NCBI GenBank assembly: GCA_003427395.1
Contig: BFEA01000001.1
Coordinates: 12,422,114-12,486,113, forward strand
From: Chara braunii
Taxonomy: Eukaryota; Plantae; Charophyceae
Length of the DNA stretch: 64,000 nucleotides
Direction: 5' to 3'
Shown: positions 26,390-38,600 of the stretch, piece by piece
Layout: every line of letters starts with the position of its first letter
Numbering within the stretch: the stretch's first letter is position 1
Made by a program: the position numbers and the translations under genes
Notes under the pieces: model-generated
The model's input: the letters and a program-made list of their open reading frames with translations, nothing else
The model's database searches: none
What the model was told of the DNA's origin: nothing

Positions 26390-29300
26390 NNNNNNNNNNN
26401 NNNNNNNNNNNNNNNNNNNNNNNNNNNNNNNNNNNNNNNNNNNNNNNNNNNNNNNNNNNNNNNNNNNNNNNNNNNNNNNNNNNNNNNNNNNNNNNNNNNN
26501 NNNNNNNNNNNNNNNNNNNNNNNNNNNNNNNNNNNNNNNNNNNNNNNNNNNNNNNNNNNNNNNNNNNNNNNNNNNNNNNNNNNNNNNNNNNNNNNNNNNN
26601 NNNNNNNNNNNNNNNNNNNNNNNNNNNNNNNNNNNNNNNNNNNNNNNNNNNNNNNNNNNNNNNNNNNNNNNNNNNNNNNNNNNNNNNNNNNNNNNNNNNN
26701 NNNNNNNNNNNNNNNNNNNNNNNNNNNNNNNNNNNNNNNNNNNNNNNNNNNNNNNNNNNNNNNNNNNNNNNNNNNNNNNNNNNNNNNNNNNNNNNNNNNN
26801 NNNNNNNNNNNNNNNNNNNNNNNNNNNNNNNNNNNNNNNNNNNNNNNNNNNNNNNNNNNNNNNNNNNNNNNNNNNNNNNNNNNNNNNNNNNNNNNNNNNN
26901 NNNNNNNNNNNNNNNNNNNNNNNNNNNNNNNNNNNNNNNNNNNNNNNNNNNNNNNNNNNNNNNNNNNNNNNNNNNNNNNNNNNNNNNNNNNNNNNNNNNT
27001 TTTGAAAGGGAAAATGCGGTCGTTGGTATCCCATTATGGGATCTCTATTTTTTTTCTCTCCTTTTCTTCGGACCTCGGTCATGTTGCACAGTCTAGGGAC
27101 CGGCGCGACGGTGGTTCGAGTGCCCTGACTGTGCACGCGCTNTTGAAGTTTCCCGCCNNTCTTATTCAAGATTTATTTAAATTTAGTGTTACTTTATTAA
27201 ATCCAAAAATTCGANTCATTATCAGAAAAACCCTCTTTTAGTACACCGGGGTCGCTCTCACCCGGAGCTTTATAAAACAAGCTGCCTCTGGGTCTTGAAG
27301 CAAAAAGTGCGTGAGGGGAGCGTTATCACTCCTCGAGTGTGAGTAATGGCATCGCGCTGAAGTCTTAATTCTTGGCACTCCGGACTCAGCCTGGCTAAGT
27401 ACTTTTGCGGATAGGGGTAGTGCGGGCTGAGCACTTGCGCAGACTATTGGGAAAGAGTGGCTATGGCGCTGCATGGGTAAAGGCCCGGGTACTGGTATCA
27501 CCAGGCCCGCTGGAAGCCCATGTCTAGGGAAGGGCCCTGTATCACAGTCATGCTCAACTACGATGGGGGTGATGAAGTGAGGATGAAGATCAACGTGGAA
27601 GGGGCAAAATAGGTGGGGATGCGGACTGATGGAAAACTACAGGACGCGATCACGGAGGCGAAGGACCGTGCGGAGAGGTGCTGCAAGAGGGACGGAGTGA
27701 CGGCAAGATTGCAGGTAACGGTCTCGTATCATGAGACCGAGACCTCAATGGACACAACGGACCTGGAACAAGCCCACGTGGACAGGGACTCGGGTGGAGA
27801 GAGCGAAATGAGTGAAACAGGGGACCGGGGAGACGGACCTCAGGTCCTGGAATAGACCAGGCGGAATCCAGAGGCATCACTGAGCTGCGAAGCCGGTGGA
27901 AGAGGGACCCGAGGCCAGCTCACGACAGCAGACGCCCAGAGGCCGCGGGACGGGTGCAAAGCAGAGTAGGGAAAAAAGACGGGTCTGAGAAAACACGCGG
28001 GCAAGAGTGTGAACACGACGAAACCCGAAGCAAGGAGGCTGCGGTAAGTGTAGTGGCACGGGTACTTGCGCGACACGTGGCAGTTCAGAGAGAGAGAAAA
28101 TAGTGTCAAGTGACTAGAGGATGAGTCTACTGCTGAGTTTTCTTGCGGTCCACTTCGGGAGATCAGCTCAGGAGGGACAATGAAGTGGACACCACTCGGA
28201 AACACACGTATGAGCTGCACGGGCGGAGTGGGCGCATACACGCGCGACAGGTGTTCGTTCGAAGGAGAGAGGCAGTGAGAAGGTCAAAGAGAGTGTGCAG
28301 GGGTTGACGTCAACACTTACCTGCACGCTTGTATGAAGTGTGTGTTGTTGCTCCCGGTAGGAAGTGCAGGATGCGTCACGAGAGAGAGAGCCTGAATAAG
28401 GAAGGGAATCAGTTGTGGAGGGAGTGACGACAGAGTTGGCGAGCTTGCGGAGTACGATTGATGTCAACTGGCTCGTGCAAGCTTGCACGAGAGCTCGCTT
28501 GGGCCCTGCGAAAACAGAGAGGAGAATGACATGTGGAGTCGGCAGAGCGAGGGGATGCCAACAAAAGGGGTGGACTGCGCGGATGAGCAAAACACGTGAT
28601 CTTGCTGGATACAGTTGACGCAAACAACTGTCCCTAAGCACGCTTGCTGTGCACGGCGTCCACAGAGTTACAGTGAGTTTTAGTGTTAAGGCGAGAGATT
28701 AGGAGGAATAGTGTGTGATCGTGCCACGTGGCCTGAGTTTGAGCACCCATTCGAGTTTCTTGTAGCCCAAGAGGGAGCGGGCCGATAAACCGTTAGTCAT
28801 TGTGCGAGCAGAGAGGGAGCGAAGCGAACGGGACGGAGAGAAAAGAGGACCAGGCAAAAGGAGAAGGGAAGGGACTCTCCGCGTGGTGGAACCGGTGAAC
28901 CATTCGAATCTCTTTTCGAATGGGGTAGAGGGCTCGTAGTACCTACCACACTTCGCACCTACCGGCAGAGGGGAAGGAGCCTAAATCGACGGACTTGGAC
29001 CGCGAAACCAAATGTTTGATGCTTCTTGGGGTTTTCTGTTTGATACTCTGACTGTGGTTATGTTAATTGTGATCACTTTTGACATCACATATCTAACCCG
29101 AGCCGCCTACAGGGATGGACACGTGGTGAAAAGACCAGGGTCGTCAACACGGCTTCCGCGAGTGAGTCAACACGAGGGTTAAGAAAATCGGTTACGTGAA
29201 GGGCAGAAGCGATAAGTGTGTGATCATCGATAGAAGCCTGGCTTTAGTGTTATAACACGGTCTCGCCTCATGACATCTTATGAAAGGAACTGATGTGCAT

Positions 29301-30282
29301 GTGCCAGTATGTTGTCAGCTGTGAATGGTTCTCGATGATCCACTGTTTGACTCCGGGATCGTAGGAGTGAGTTCATCTTCCTTCTCTCGTTTCGCGTGTG
29401 TGATCTGAGTCAATGCAGTTTAGAGATCGTCAGGGAAGGAGTATGGTTAAGGCTGAGCCTTACGTACGTGACATGACCTGAGAGACGAGAACGCATGGAA
29501 GTTCTCAGTGGCAGATTGTACCTTTTCTGTGCTCGACATCTCTAGTGTAGGGAAAATAACCTTGTCGCTCTGCTGTAATAAGGGTGTTCCTGGTTGATTC
29601 GCTCTGTTAGCGGAGGGTTACCAATTGCACTCTCAGTCGAGCCACCGAGACGACGCGAATGCGGACCCGTCAATTAGAAAGGGCGAGAAGGCTTACCTTC
29701 ATCGGGGACTGTAGGTCCCACTGACTTTTGCTGCTAAGTTGAGTTTGAAGCCACTTGCCTTGGCATGGAAGGACTCAAAGCGGAAACTACAGCCTGTACG
29801 ATCTTACCAAAGAGCTTTCTGTGACCTTGGTGCGCTTAACACGGGGATGAGGGGCTTATGAACGGTCACACCAGTCGTTATTGACACGCGTGAGACAGGG
29901 AGGAATCTGGTCTGATACTGAACCCGACAGCCCATACAGGTATGGCCGACGGGTGGGAGTCATGAGACAATGAATCGGGGTGCTGACAGTTTGAGACTGT
30001 CTTGGCTTTAGTAATGACAAGGAAACTCTGTCTACAAACCAAAAGTAGCATATGATCTGATGAAACCGATTCTAAAGTCATCTCGCATATGACCCAAAAG
30101 CGTGGGAAGGTGTGTGATAGTTGTCATGATTTGCACTTTTCTTCTATCCTTATCCTTGTTTGTGTATCACTTGGATAAAAAATTGAGTTAGTTTTGAGTA
30201 GTGTCTCAGTTTTTGTGGGATGTTTATAAGCGGACGCTGTGCTCTTCAGGCCAGGACATTGTAGAGGAATTCTCTGCTTGAG

Positions 30283-30337
30283 TATTATTATTATTATTAT
30301 TATTATCATTGTTATTATTACCATCATTATTATTATT
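30283..30337. repeat. (ATT)n microsatellite
   Basis: Imperfect ATT run. Confidence 0.9.
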
Positions 30338-30918
30338 TTCCAAAGCTTGTTGTTACTTAAATGTAGCAGCTCCGTTGCTCATTAATGAAGGAATGGGTCA
30401 GGCGACAACATCGGGCTCGACAAGTGTCCCTGATTCTAACTGCATGACACGGGTGTTGAGTTAATGTGAGTAGTTTGCCTCAATTTTACCCTCCTTGGAG
30501 GATGAAACACCCGTGACAAAATTCGTATGACCAGATGGTGGTGTGATCTTTCCGCAGATGCTCGTATGGTTACATGGTTTGTGCGGTTATCTGTGTGATT
30601 GTTCAGGCGTGAGATCATACTGGCCTATGAGCACCCGCCCTGGTTGACCCCAAGAGTGCGATTGAGATATTACCCCTGCTAATGTTGGGTCCGAGTAATG
30701 TTAGCTTTTAACTACTCACAAGTAGTTAGCCACAATTCATAGTGTTGATCTTTTGACCCTAGGAATCACGGATAATGACCGTTGATAGCAGCCCCAATGA
30801 ACTCACTAGTGTCGGGGACTTTGTTCTAGTGTCTTCTTGCGCTTACTGGAAAAGAAAAATATACGTATATATACATATATAAATATGCAGGCCTACTAGG
30901 TCTGCAGACAAAAGGGGG

Positions 30919-33527
30919 TGTTATGGGATATGCGTTGTGATCTGAATTTGGTCAACTACACTCCAAAGGATCGTTAAGGGTCCAGAGAAAGGCTTTCGTT
31001 CCCCTAATTTCGTACCGGAAGCGAAAGATAGGGTTAGGAGGAGGGATACGAAAAGCATGGACACCCTGGTTGTGACCTGTACTTTGCACGAGACGAAAAC
31101 AGAGGGCTGGAAAAACAGAGTGTTGAGAGAAACTGAGAAAAGCGAGAAGTTTTTGAGGAAGTTTGCTATGGAGAAAACAGAAAGTCATCACAAACTTATT
31201 GAGTACGTTTTCTATATCTGCGGGTCAAGTGGGAAGCCGCATAGTACTGTTTCATCATTGGAAAGCCTGGAGCAGACCAAGGCAAGAGCCTAAGAGGAAA
31301 TAAGAGTGCTTTGATCTCTGTCTCAGAGGACCCCTCCCGTAAATCCGGTCTGTAAGCAATATACAACGTTTGATACTCCTCACTGTTAACAGAGGGTGGT
31401 GCTGAGTACTGTTTATCAATGCGCAGGACTCGGCACTGCTAACTGTGTTTCTGTGCATAATGCGGCTGTCAGTATGCAGAGTTCAGTAATAATGGCAACA
31501 ATCAACCAACGAATCAATTAATTCCCAATCAGTATTCGGCTCATGATCAGGCAGTACTCTATCGGTACCATAATAGTACCCCAGATGCCTGAACGTTAGT
31601 CAGCAAAACTGCGGTTGCCCCTAATCATTGAGGGATCATAGCGTGAAGATTCATTACTCTGGCAGATCTCAGACAATATCAAATCAACGTTTATTTCATC
31701 ATTCAACTATTCAGAAAATCAGGAGCTAGTCAGTTTACCATGATCAAACAGTCAATCGGTTCCTTTATCAGTTTTTCGGATTAGCGCACGGATCGGCGCT
31801 CTGACCAGCATTTTGATCAGTATTCAGTTTTCTCAATCAGGTAATTAATCAATTGTCCTCAATCAACAATCACTCAGCCGGTAATCATTCGATCAGCTAT
31901 TCGGACCTGCAATCTGGAACTACAGTCAGTAACATCAACAGGAAACAACAACCAGGGGGTAGTTTCGCTTTTAGAAGCAGCAATCGAAAAGCAACCAGAT
32001 ATCAACAACTAGCAACCTGCAACCAGGGATCATCAATTAGAGCAGCACTTCAGAATGGTAATCAGAACAACAACTCTCATCAAGTAATCAGTTCTCTAAT
32101 CTGCAATCAACCAATATTTTTTCAGCAAACAGTTTTCAACAATCAGTTTTCAGCAATCAGTTTTCAGCAATCAGTTCAGGAATCAGTTCTCAGTGATCAT
32201 CCAGTCGGTTTTGCGCTGGTAGGGCCACTCATGAGCACAGTTAAGTCTACGCTGGTCAGTGAGTCAGTGCTGGCCAGTCTCAATCGGATTTCGTGCAAGG
32301 AGGCATTCCGCTATCAGTATGTTAAAGCCATTGTTTTCAGACAGGGAGATCTGTCGATCTTCGTTGTCCATACCAACTTTGCTGACGGTACTATCCATGA
32401 CTTGAGGCCATACCTGAAGAAGGGCAAGGAGGCTCATGAGCATTTCGATCCAGTCTGGATCACAACCGCCAAGTACCTCGAGCAGAGAGAGAGGGAGCTC
32501 GATGAGGGTGGCATTACGCTGATCCGCAGTTTTGGCCGAAAGCTTTATACTGACTATCTCTGGCCTCCTGTTCCTTCCCTCCTCATAGATGGCACGAGTT
32601 GGCTTGACATGGTTAGCTTGGAGAAAAGGTATATCTCTCCAGCAGTAATCGACATTGAGGCACTGACTGAGCCTACCGAGTATCCCTACCTCAGACGAGG
32701 GGTCTTTTCAGTGGACGGACTGCCTACACTGTGGGAGGAGTTCTGCTCTATGGTTAACTTTCGTGTCATGTACCTTGGATGGTCATGTTCAGAGNNNNNN
32801 NNNNNNNNNNNNNNNNNNNNNNNNNNNNNNNNNNNNNNNNNNNNNNNNNNNNNNNNNNNNNNNNNNNNNNNNNNNNNNNNNNNNNNNNNNNNNNNNCTAT
32901 GGTTAACTTTCGTGTCATGTACCTTGGATGGTCATGTTCAGAGCTTGCTGGCTTCAGGTGGCTCTTTGTCATGAGGCAACAACCTCAGATTGTATGTGGG
33001 CGTGGGCCACAGCACCAGAGATGGACCACAAAATGAGAGATTGAGAGAGACCGATCAGGGGGATGAGTGAGGATTCTTGAGAGGTGCTGACCATGCTCGC
33101 ATATATGTACTTCCTGAGATTATCATGAGTTTTCATTCTTCCCTCATTCATTTGAATCTGTCATTACTCGAGTCAGTCAGTCTTGCTTCTTGCATTAATC
33201 CTGCCTGATGATTGCTATCGTGGATAATTATGTCACAGTTCTCAAAATCAGATTGACATGAGTGATACATGCACAACCCCCTATCATAATTTTATAATTG
33301 TTATTTGCATAATTCTCTGCTGTTCCGAATCCAAATAAAAGATTCCCAAGACCGGGGACCGGCGAAGATCGTAATTGAAGGGTCTCGCTCGAAGCCGGAC
33401 CACACAACAGGAATGGATTTGCATTATTTATTTTATTTTATTTATTGCAGACACACACAAAAATCCTGCGTGACAGCCTGTTGGCTTTCACGTCGCCCAA
33501 AGAGGCTCGACTGGAAAAAGTGTGACA
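30919..33527 (+). mobile_element. 3' LTR (~2.5 kb) of a third LTR element, apparently inserted into the 5' LTR of element 2
   Basis: PPT AAAAGGGGG (30910-30918), then TGTTA... and ...GTGTGACA ending at 33527, exactly where similarity to the 3' LTR of element 2 begins. Partner LTR not visible. Confidence 0.65.
32231..33036 (+). CDS. Hypothetical protein (~220 aa after closing the false gap) encoded within the LTR
   Basis: ATG at 32231 (MSTVKSTLV...). Globular-looking composition. The gap flanks overlap by 47 bp and merging them keeps the frame open to TGA 33036. Confidence 0.5.
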
Positions 33528-35452
33528 GCGAGCGCCTAAGCTCCAACTTCTTCGCGCGCCTCGCACCCCCGTTTTTTGCTCTGCATCCCTGCGCCATCTT
33601 CCTTTCTTGCTACGGGCGTTTTCCCCCATGCACGACCCTTCGTCTTCCCCTACGCCCATCTCGATCCCCACCCCATCTTCCTCTGCGAGTGAATGGTTGT
33701 GTAGTTGGGATGCGCGGATCAATGTGGAAGGCGAAAAGGCGCACCACTTGAACGAACACCCCAATTACGCCTGACCACGCGACTCCGCGGAACACCCCTT
33801 CCGAAACCCTTCACCCTTCTCTGTCCTGCTCATCTACAACCGGCGCTGCCCGCACCTCGCGCTGACAACCCGCCGCCTCCCACGTTATAAGTTGTCGCAA
33901 CCCCCTCCTCTCCCTCTCTTTGATCTCGGCTTCAATGCTGCGCGAGCTATGCGCGAACGTCCGCGACGCCGAACAGGATTGACGAACCCAAGTTACGGGT
34001 GGAGTGACGACGTGGGTCGGGCTTAGCGATAGACTCGGGGTAAGCCAGCCGAAGGGATTGAGTTGTGGTGGAGATCGGGCGCCGATCACGACAGGGTCTT
34101 GTGGCTATGGTGGTCGGTGGTCCTTGGGAAGTTTGCGGTTGCGCCTGAGGGCGTCAGCCAATTGGAAAATTTTATGTACAAGGAACCTCGCTTTCTTTTT
34201 TCCATTGCTGCTTTGTCTCCGTGAGATGTATGCAACGTCCCGTCGAGTGGGTAATCGGTTGTATGCATAGGAGTGAGTTGCAGTGAGATGGTCTGTGAAG
34301 GGGTGTGAGTCTGCGTATGCATGTATGTGGTCCTTGGGTATTGCGTGGCGATTGTCTGCCTGGATGCATGATTAACTCGGCCATCGTACCTCTTTTTCCT
34401 TTTGCCTCGTTCCCTTGTTGGTTTCATTGCTCGATCGCGTAGGGCGGGGGCCTTCGTGTACCGAAGGGATCCCTTCCGTCCTGCGCGCTCGAGTCGGAGT
34501 CCCGCGGCACTGACGTCTGACGTGGCACATCACTGTTGAGGATCGGAGGCGTTCACTGTGCCTACTAAAGGTGGTCAGCAAACGGCTCCGCCCCTCCTTC
34601 GGACCCCTCTGGTTGAATGGTGCCACACCAGAGAGAGAGAGACGTTGTCGCTCTTTGTATGGAGACGGGTTTCCCATCGAGCACGGGTTCTCGCTTGTGC
34701 ACTTACCCCGACTCCGCGCGTTGCAATGCACTCCCGATCTTCCCTATCGTCGACGACGACAGCGTCTACTGCGACGCGGACGTACAGAGTGCCCTACGAC
34801 GCACGGAGCAGGTTCACTGGCGTAACCCTGAATGGGCGTGCCACATCGAGGGGGAAGGGTTTGTGCTGATAGACCGCTTTTCTTCCCCGCCCCTTATACT
34901 GCCTTACACCGACCTGACGGTGCTCCCCTGGTCTGCGGCTTGCGCTGCGTGGCGCCCCTTGTTTGGTTGCCGATGGTGCCAGCAGGGGGACTCCTGCTCG
35001 TGGCGAAGGCTGGTTCTGGGGTACGAAGGAGACGCTCGGTTCCCTGAACTCTCCCAGGACGCCGGAGCTCTCCCTGCCCGTTTCCGTGTCCCGACAGCGG
35101 CGACAACCCCCGCCCGCCGAGTTCCCCCGGCCATGAGTCCCCGAGGCCTCGACGAACCCAACGACGAGGCTGGAGAATCCGCGGGGGGGAATCCATCGCC
35201 CTTTACGCGGAGCAGGCCCGTTGAGGAATAGGTTCCCCGCCTGTCCGTTCTCCCCGTTCTCCTCCCCCTTTGTTTTTTTTTGGTAATCCTGACCAAGGAT
35301 CGAGCCCAAGTCGGGGGAAACCTATCGGCCCCGAAACGAGAGACTCCCATTCCTACCGGGAGACTCAACCCCCATGGCCAAAAATCCTCGGCCACGCCCC
35401 CTTCTACTCTGATCGGTGACCCAGTACGGAAAGCCGCGACGGGGCACGAGGT
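33528..35452 (+). repeat. 5' LTR of element 2 (left end lost)
   Basis: Collinear with 47724-49689. TATA-like CACGTTATAA at 33881-33890. Ends ...GGGGCACGAGGT with no CA. Confidence 0.92.
34617..35231 (+). CDS. LTR-encoded hypothetical protein; second copy at 48817-49374
   Basis: Open in both LTRs. Core PIFP..YC..ALR..GFVLI..LILPY..LTVLPW is shared with the ORF at 61100-61666. Start codon uncertain. Confidence 0.65.
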   Translation: MVPHQRERDVVALCMETGFPSSTGSRLCTYPDSARCNALPIFPIVDDDSVYCDADVQSALRRTEQVHWRNPEWACHIEGEGFVLIDRFSSPPLILPYTDLTVLPWSAACAAWRPLFGCRWCQQGDSCSWRRLVLGYEGDARFPELSQDAGALPARFRVPTAATTPARRVPPAMSPRGLDEPNDEAGESAGGNPSPFTRSRPVEE

Positions 35453-35464
35453 TGGTATCAGAGC
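35453..35464 (+). promoter_or_regulatory. Primer-binding site complementary to initiator tRNA-Met
   Basis: TGGTATCAGAGC directly after the 5' LTR. Confidence 0.93.
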
Positions 35465-35651
35465 TGATTCATTTTGGCTCCGAGGTTTTCCTAGGACGAT
35501 TACCCTGCTTAGGAGTTTTTTTTCCTTTTTTATCTTTTTTTTATTCTTAGATTTTTCTCATTGTTGAGTAGGCTGGCTCCCCGTTGACGCCGGCCCGCGA
35601 ATAACAATCAGAACCGAGCGGGAGGCCGGGCTCGAGATCCGCCTCCCCGCG

Positions 35652-38600
35652 ATGGTGGAACCCGAAATTGGGGGTGGAAACGGCGGCGATAACCACGCGG
35701 TGATGGCCAATCATCCCGTGTATTTTGTACCTCCTCCCTCCGAGGTTCCCATCTTCTCCGAGGATGATACCGACCCTCGCACCTGGCTAGCCGCCTTGAA
35801 AGCCCAGGGCTGGTCGGACGAGTTGCTCCGAGAACGAATCCCGAGGAGGTTAGCCGGAACCGCTTTTGAGTGGTATGGGCAGAACCCCTACACTAATTGG
35901 CTACCCTTCCAACGAAAGTTTCTCGACCGTTTTGATCACATCGTACCTGGGCAGTGCCTTCATCTGATAAAAGAATATACGCAGCAGCCTCGGGAAACCT
36001 TGGCCAAATATGCTGAGCGTTTTACTTATTTAGTTGAACGTTCCGGGGTCGATGAAAAAATGGTGCGGACTGATTTCGTTAGGGGACTGTCCGATTCTCG
36101 CTTGTGGAAGAAGATCCGCAAGAAATGCAACCCGATAGAAGACTGAGCTCATTCAGTATGCCATTAAGTACGGGAAGGAAAATTACGATGTAGGTCTGGA
36201 TTCGGAGTCCGACGAAGACAACCCTTCGGGTGTCGGACGCCATAGCTTCTCCGCTATAGCGTGAATGTTTGAGGATCGCTTCGGGTTAGGACCGGCAAAG
36301 AAGAATTAGGATCAAAAAATTTTGTCTTCCGCATCGACCTCCCGACGCTCTGGTCAAGCTCAAGGAGGTCGGGACGAGGACGAAATATCAATGAAAGAGG
36401 TCGCGGCCCAGCTGGTCACGGTGGTGGCCCCGCTGACGAAATTCGTTCAAAACTTGCAGCGGTAACGGGTGGCAGCTGCGCAGCGACAGCAAACGGCCAT
36501 GGTCGCCGGTACCCCTATGACCTGACCAGCTGCACCAGGCGTCGCCCAGCCTCTGCGATGCTACAACTGCAATCAGCCGGGCCACCTTGCGAAGGACTGT
36601 CCGAAACCTCGAACTCAGACTGGGTCCGCGGGGCCCACCGGACCTTCCCAAATCCCGTTAGCTGCTCCAACCGCTGCAGGACAAGGGAGGGTAGCCACAG
36701 TGATGGATACTGGAACAACGGAAATGGTGACCCCTGCGGCCACCGAGATAGGACCCAATGAGTATATGGCTGCGACGATGTTCGAACCCGGGACCATTGG
36801 AGTGATACGCCACGTCCAAAGGATTACCGAGGAAAGCGACCTCGGGCCTTGTCGGCCGGGGTTCCAAGATCTCACAGCCCCTGGCCCTGAGTACAAAGAC
36901 GGGCACATCGACGTGTTGGATGCATTGAAGGCTCTGGATCTACGGATCCCCGTCCCTATTCCCTATCTGCAAACCATTTCCGAAGCTGCTAACGAAAAGT
37001 TTATCGAACGATGCCTCAAGAACAGGCGCCGATTCGAGGAAAGTCGAAAGGGCAAAAAGTCGGTCCTACGAGACCTACCCACAAACGAAGAGTCACAGCC
37101 CTCGACCTCAAAGGTGCACGAAGCAAACCGGGTAGGAATGATCCAGACCGTAGATCCTGCCTCGGAGAAACCTGAGGTATTCCTTTGAGTGTGACTGCGA
37201 GGTCTAGGGAAACCCCTCGGCCGCCATCCTAGACCCGGGATCGTCAGCGGTCGCCATTTCTTGGAGATTGACGAAACGATTGGGAAGGGAAGGACAAGTT
37301 CAGCCCCTCCGACCGGATGAACTGTATATATCCGCTACGGAGGACAACATTCATTGTAAGGGGCGGATAACGAACGTGCCTATACGAGTGGGGCGGGTGC
37401 ATTGCTTGTGCGACGCAATCGCACTGGATGTACAGGCGTATGATGTTCTGCTAGGCATTCCGTGGCAGGCGGCGGTCGGAGCGCGAATGCACTTTGACAG
37501 CTGTAAGGTGGTGCTCACATCGGCCCACCCCAAACCACAAACGATACCGATGAGATTGGCGGTGCGTATGTGCACCCAGCCTGCGCCTCGAATCACTACG
37601 AAAGCCCATCAAATCAACATGATCCAACGCCTGTCACCAGGCGAAAATAAAACTTCATCGGAAACTGACGAGACTGATGTACCCGACCGATATCCGGTCC
37701 GGGTTCAGGATCGGTGGCACCATTCCTGGCGACGAGAACCCATTGAAATAGTTCGGGGCGAGTCCGATTGGTCGCACGCGTTCTCCTTCGTGGTGCAGGG
37801 AGAACCCCTGTTGAGGGTGTCCCGAATAACTGACCTTTCGGAACCCCCTGCGTCCTTATACTTTAGGACGGACCCCCTACCTGAAAGGTTTGCGGAGCTT
37901 AGGGGGTTATGCGATTTGACTTTTCGGCCTCCTAGGCCCCTACTTACGAACGCAAAAGCCGCCCTGCTCTTGAAGGAAGGGGTGTCGTTTCAACCCCGAA
38001 CGAGGGAATATCGATGGAGGCCGAAGGAGCTGTTACAGGTCTTTTCAGTGGAACCCTCGGCTGAAACCGAGCTCGAGAACGACAGTGACATGGAAAACGA
38101 ACCGATAAGCCCAGCAGACAATCAACTCATCGCGACCGTGCTTTCGGCAAAAACCGACAATTCGTTGTTTGGTGCCTCACCCGAAGCCAACGCGGCAGTC
38201 CCCACGGTTACGTCGACGATCTCCCTCCCTGAGGGAAACGTGGACGTCCGACTGCCGGCCCATGTGCCTGACGACTACAAGCGCCTTCTTTTGGCGGTCA
38301 TATGGGCCTACCCAGAGGCCGTCAGCATCCAGGACCACGATATAGGACTCACCCACCTGATCCAACACGCGATTGATACCGGTGATCGCGCTTCGATACA
38401 TTGCCGACCGTACCGCTATTCCCTAAAAGAAAGACAGCTGGCCTTGGAAAGGGTACGGGAGTTCGAGCGGTTGGGGTGGGTTGAACGATCGCTTGGACCA
38501 TGGTCATTTCCCGTGGTCCTCGTGCCAAAACGAAACGGTTTAGTCCGAGTGTGTATTGACTACCGCAAATTAAACGCTATCACCACCAAAGATGTTTATC

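Noticed and set aside
26295-27094. Direct repeat flanking the gap
   Set aside because: Identical sequence on both sides of the N-run indicates an unmerged contig overlap.
26070-27125. GGTTCGA T-loop/B-box motifs suggesting tRNA genes
   Set aside because: No cloverleaf or acceptor stem could be built around either site.
27400-28700. Decayed coding-like region upstream of the 30919 LTR
   Set aside because: Many stops in all frames and no identifiable motif.
32748-32943. 47-bp duplication around the gap
   Set aside because: Assembly overlap artefact.
33403-33411. CACAACAGG matching 49697-49705 as a TSD
   Set aside because: It overlaps the terminal CA and would put the left end at a non-TG position inside another LTR; probably chance.
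33521-33530. TGTGACAGCG as the left terminus of element 2
   Set aside because: Not present in the 3' LTR and no TSD (AAAAG versus ACAGG). Better explained as the ...GTGTGACA end of the LTR that starts at 30919.
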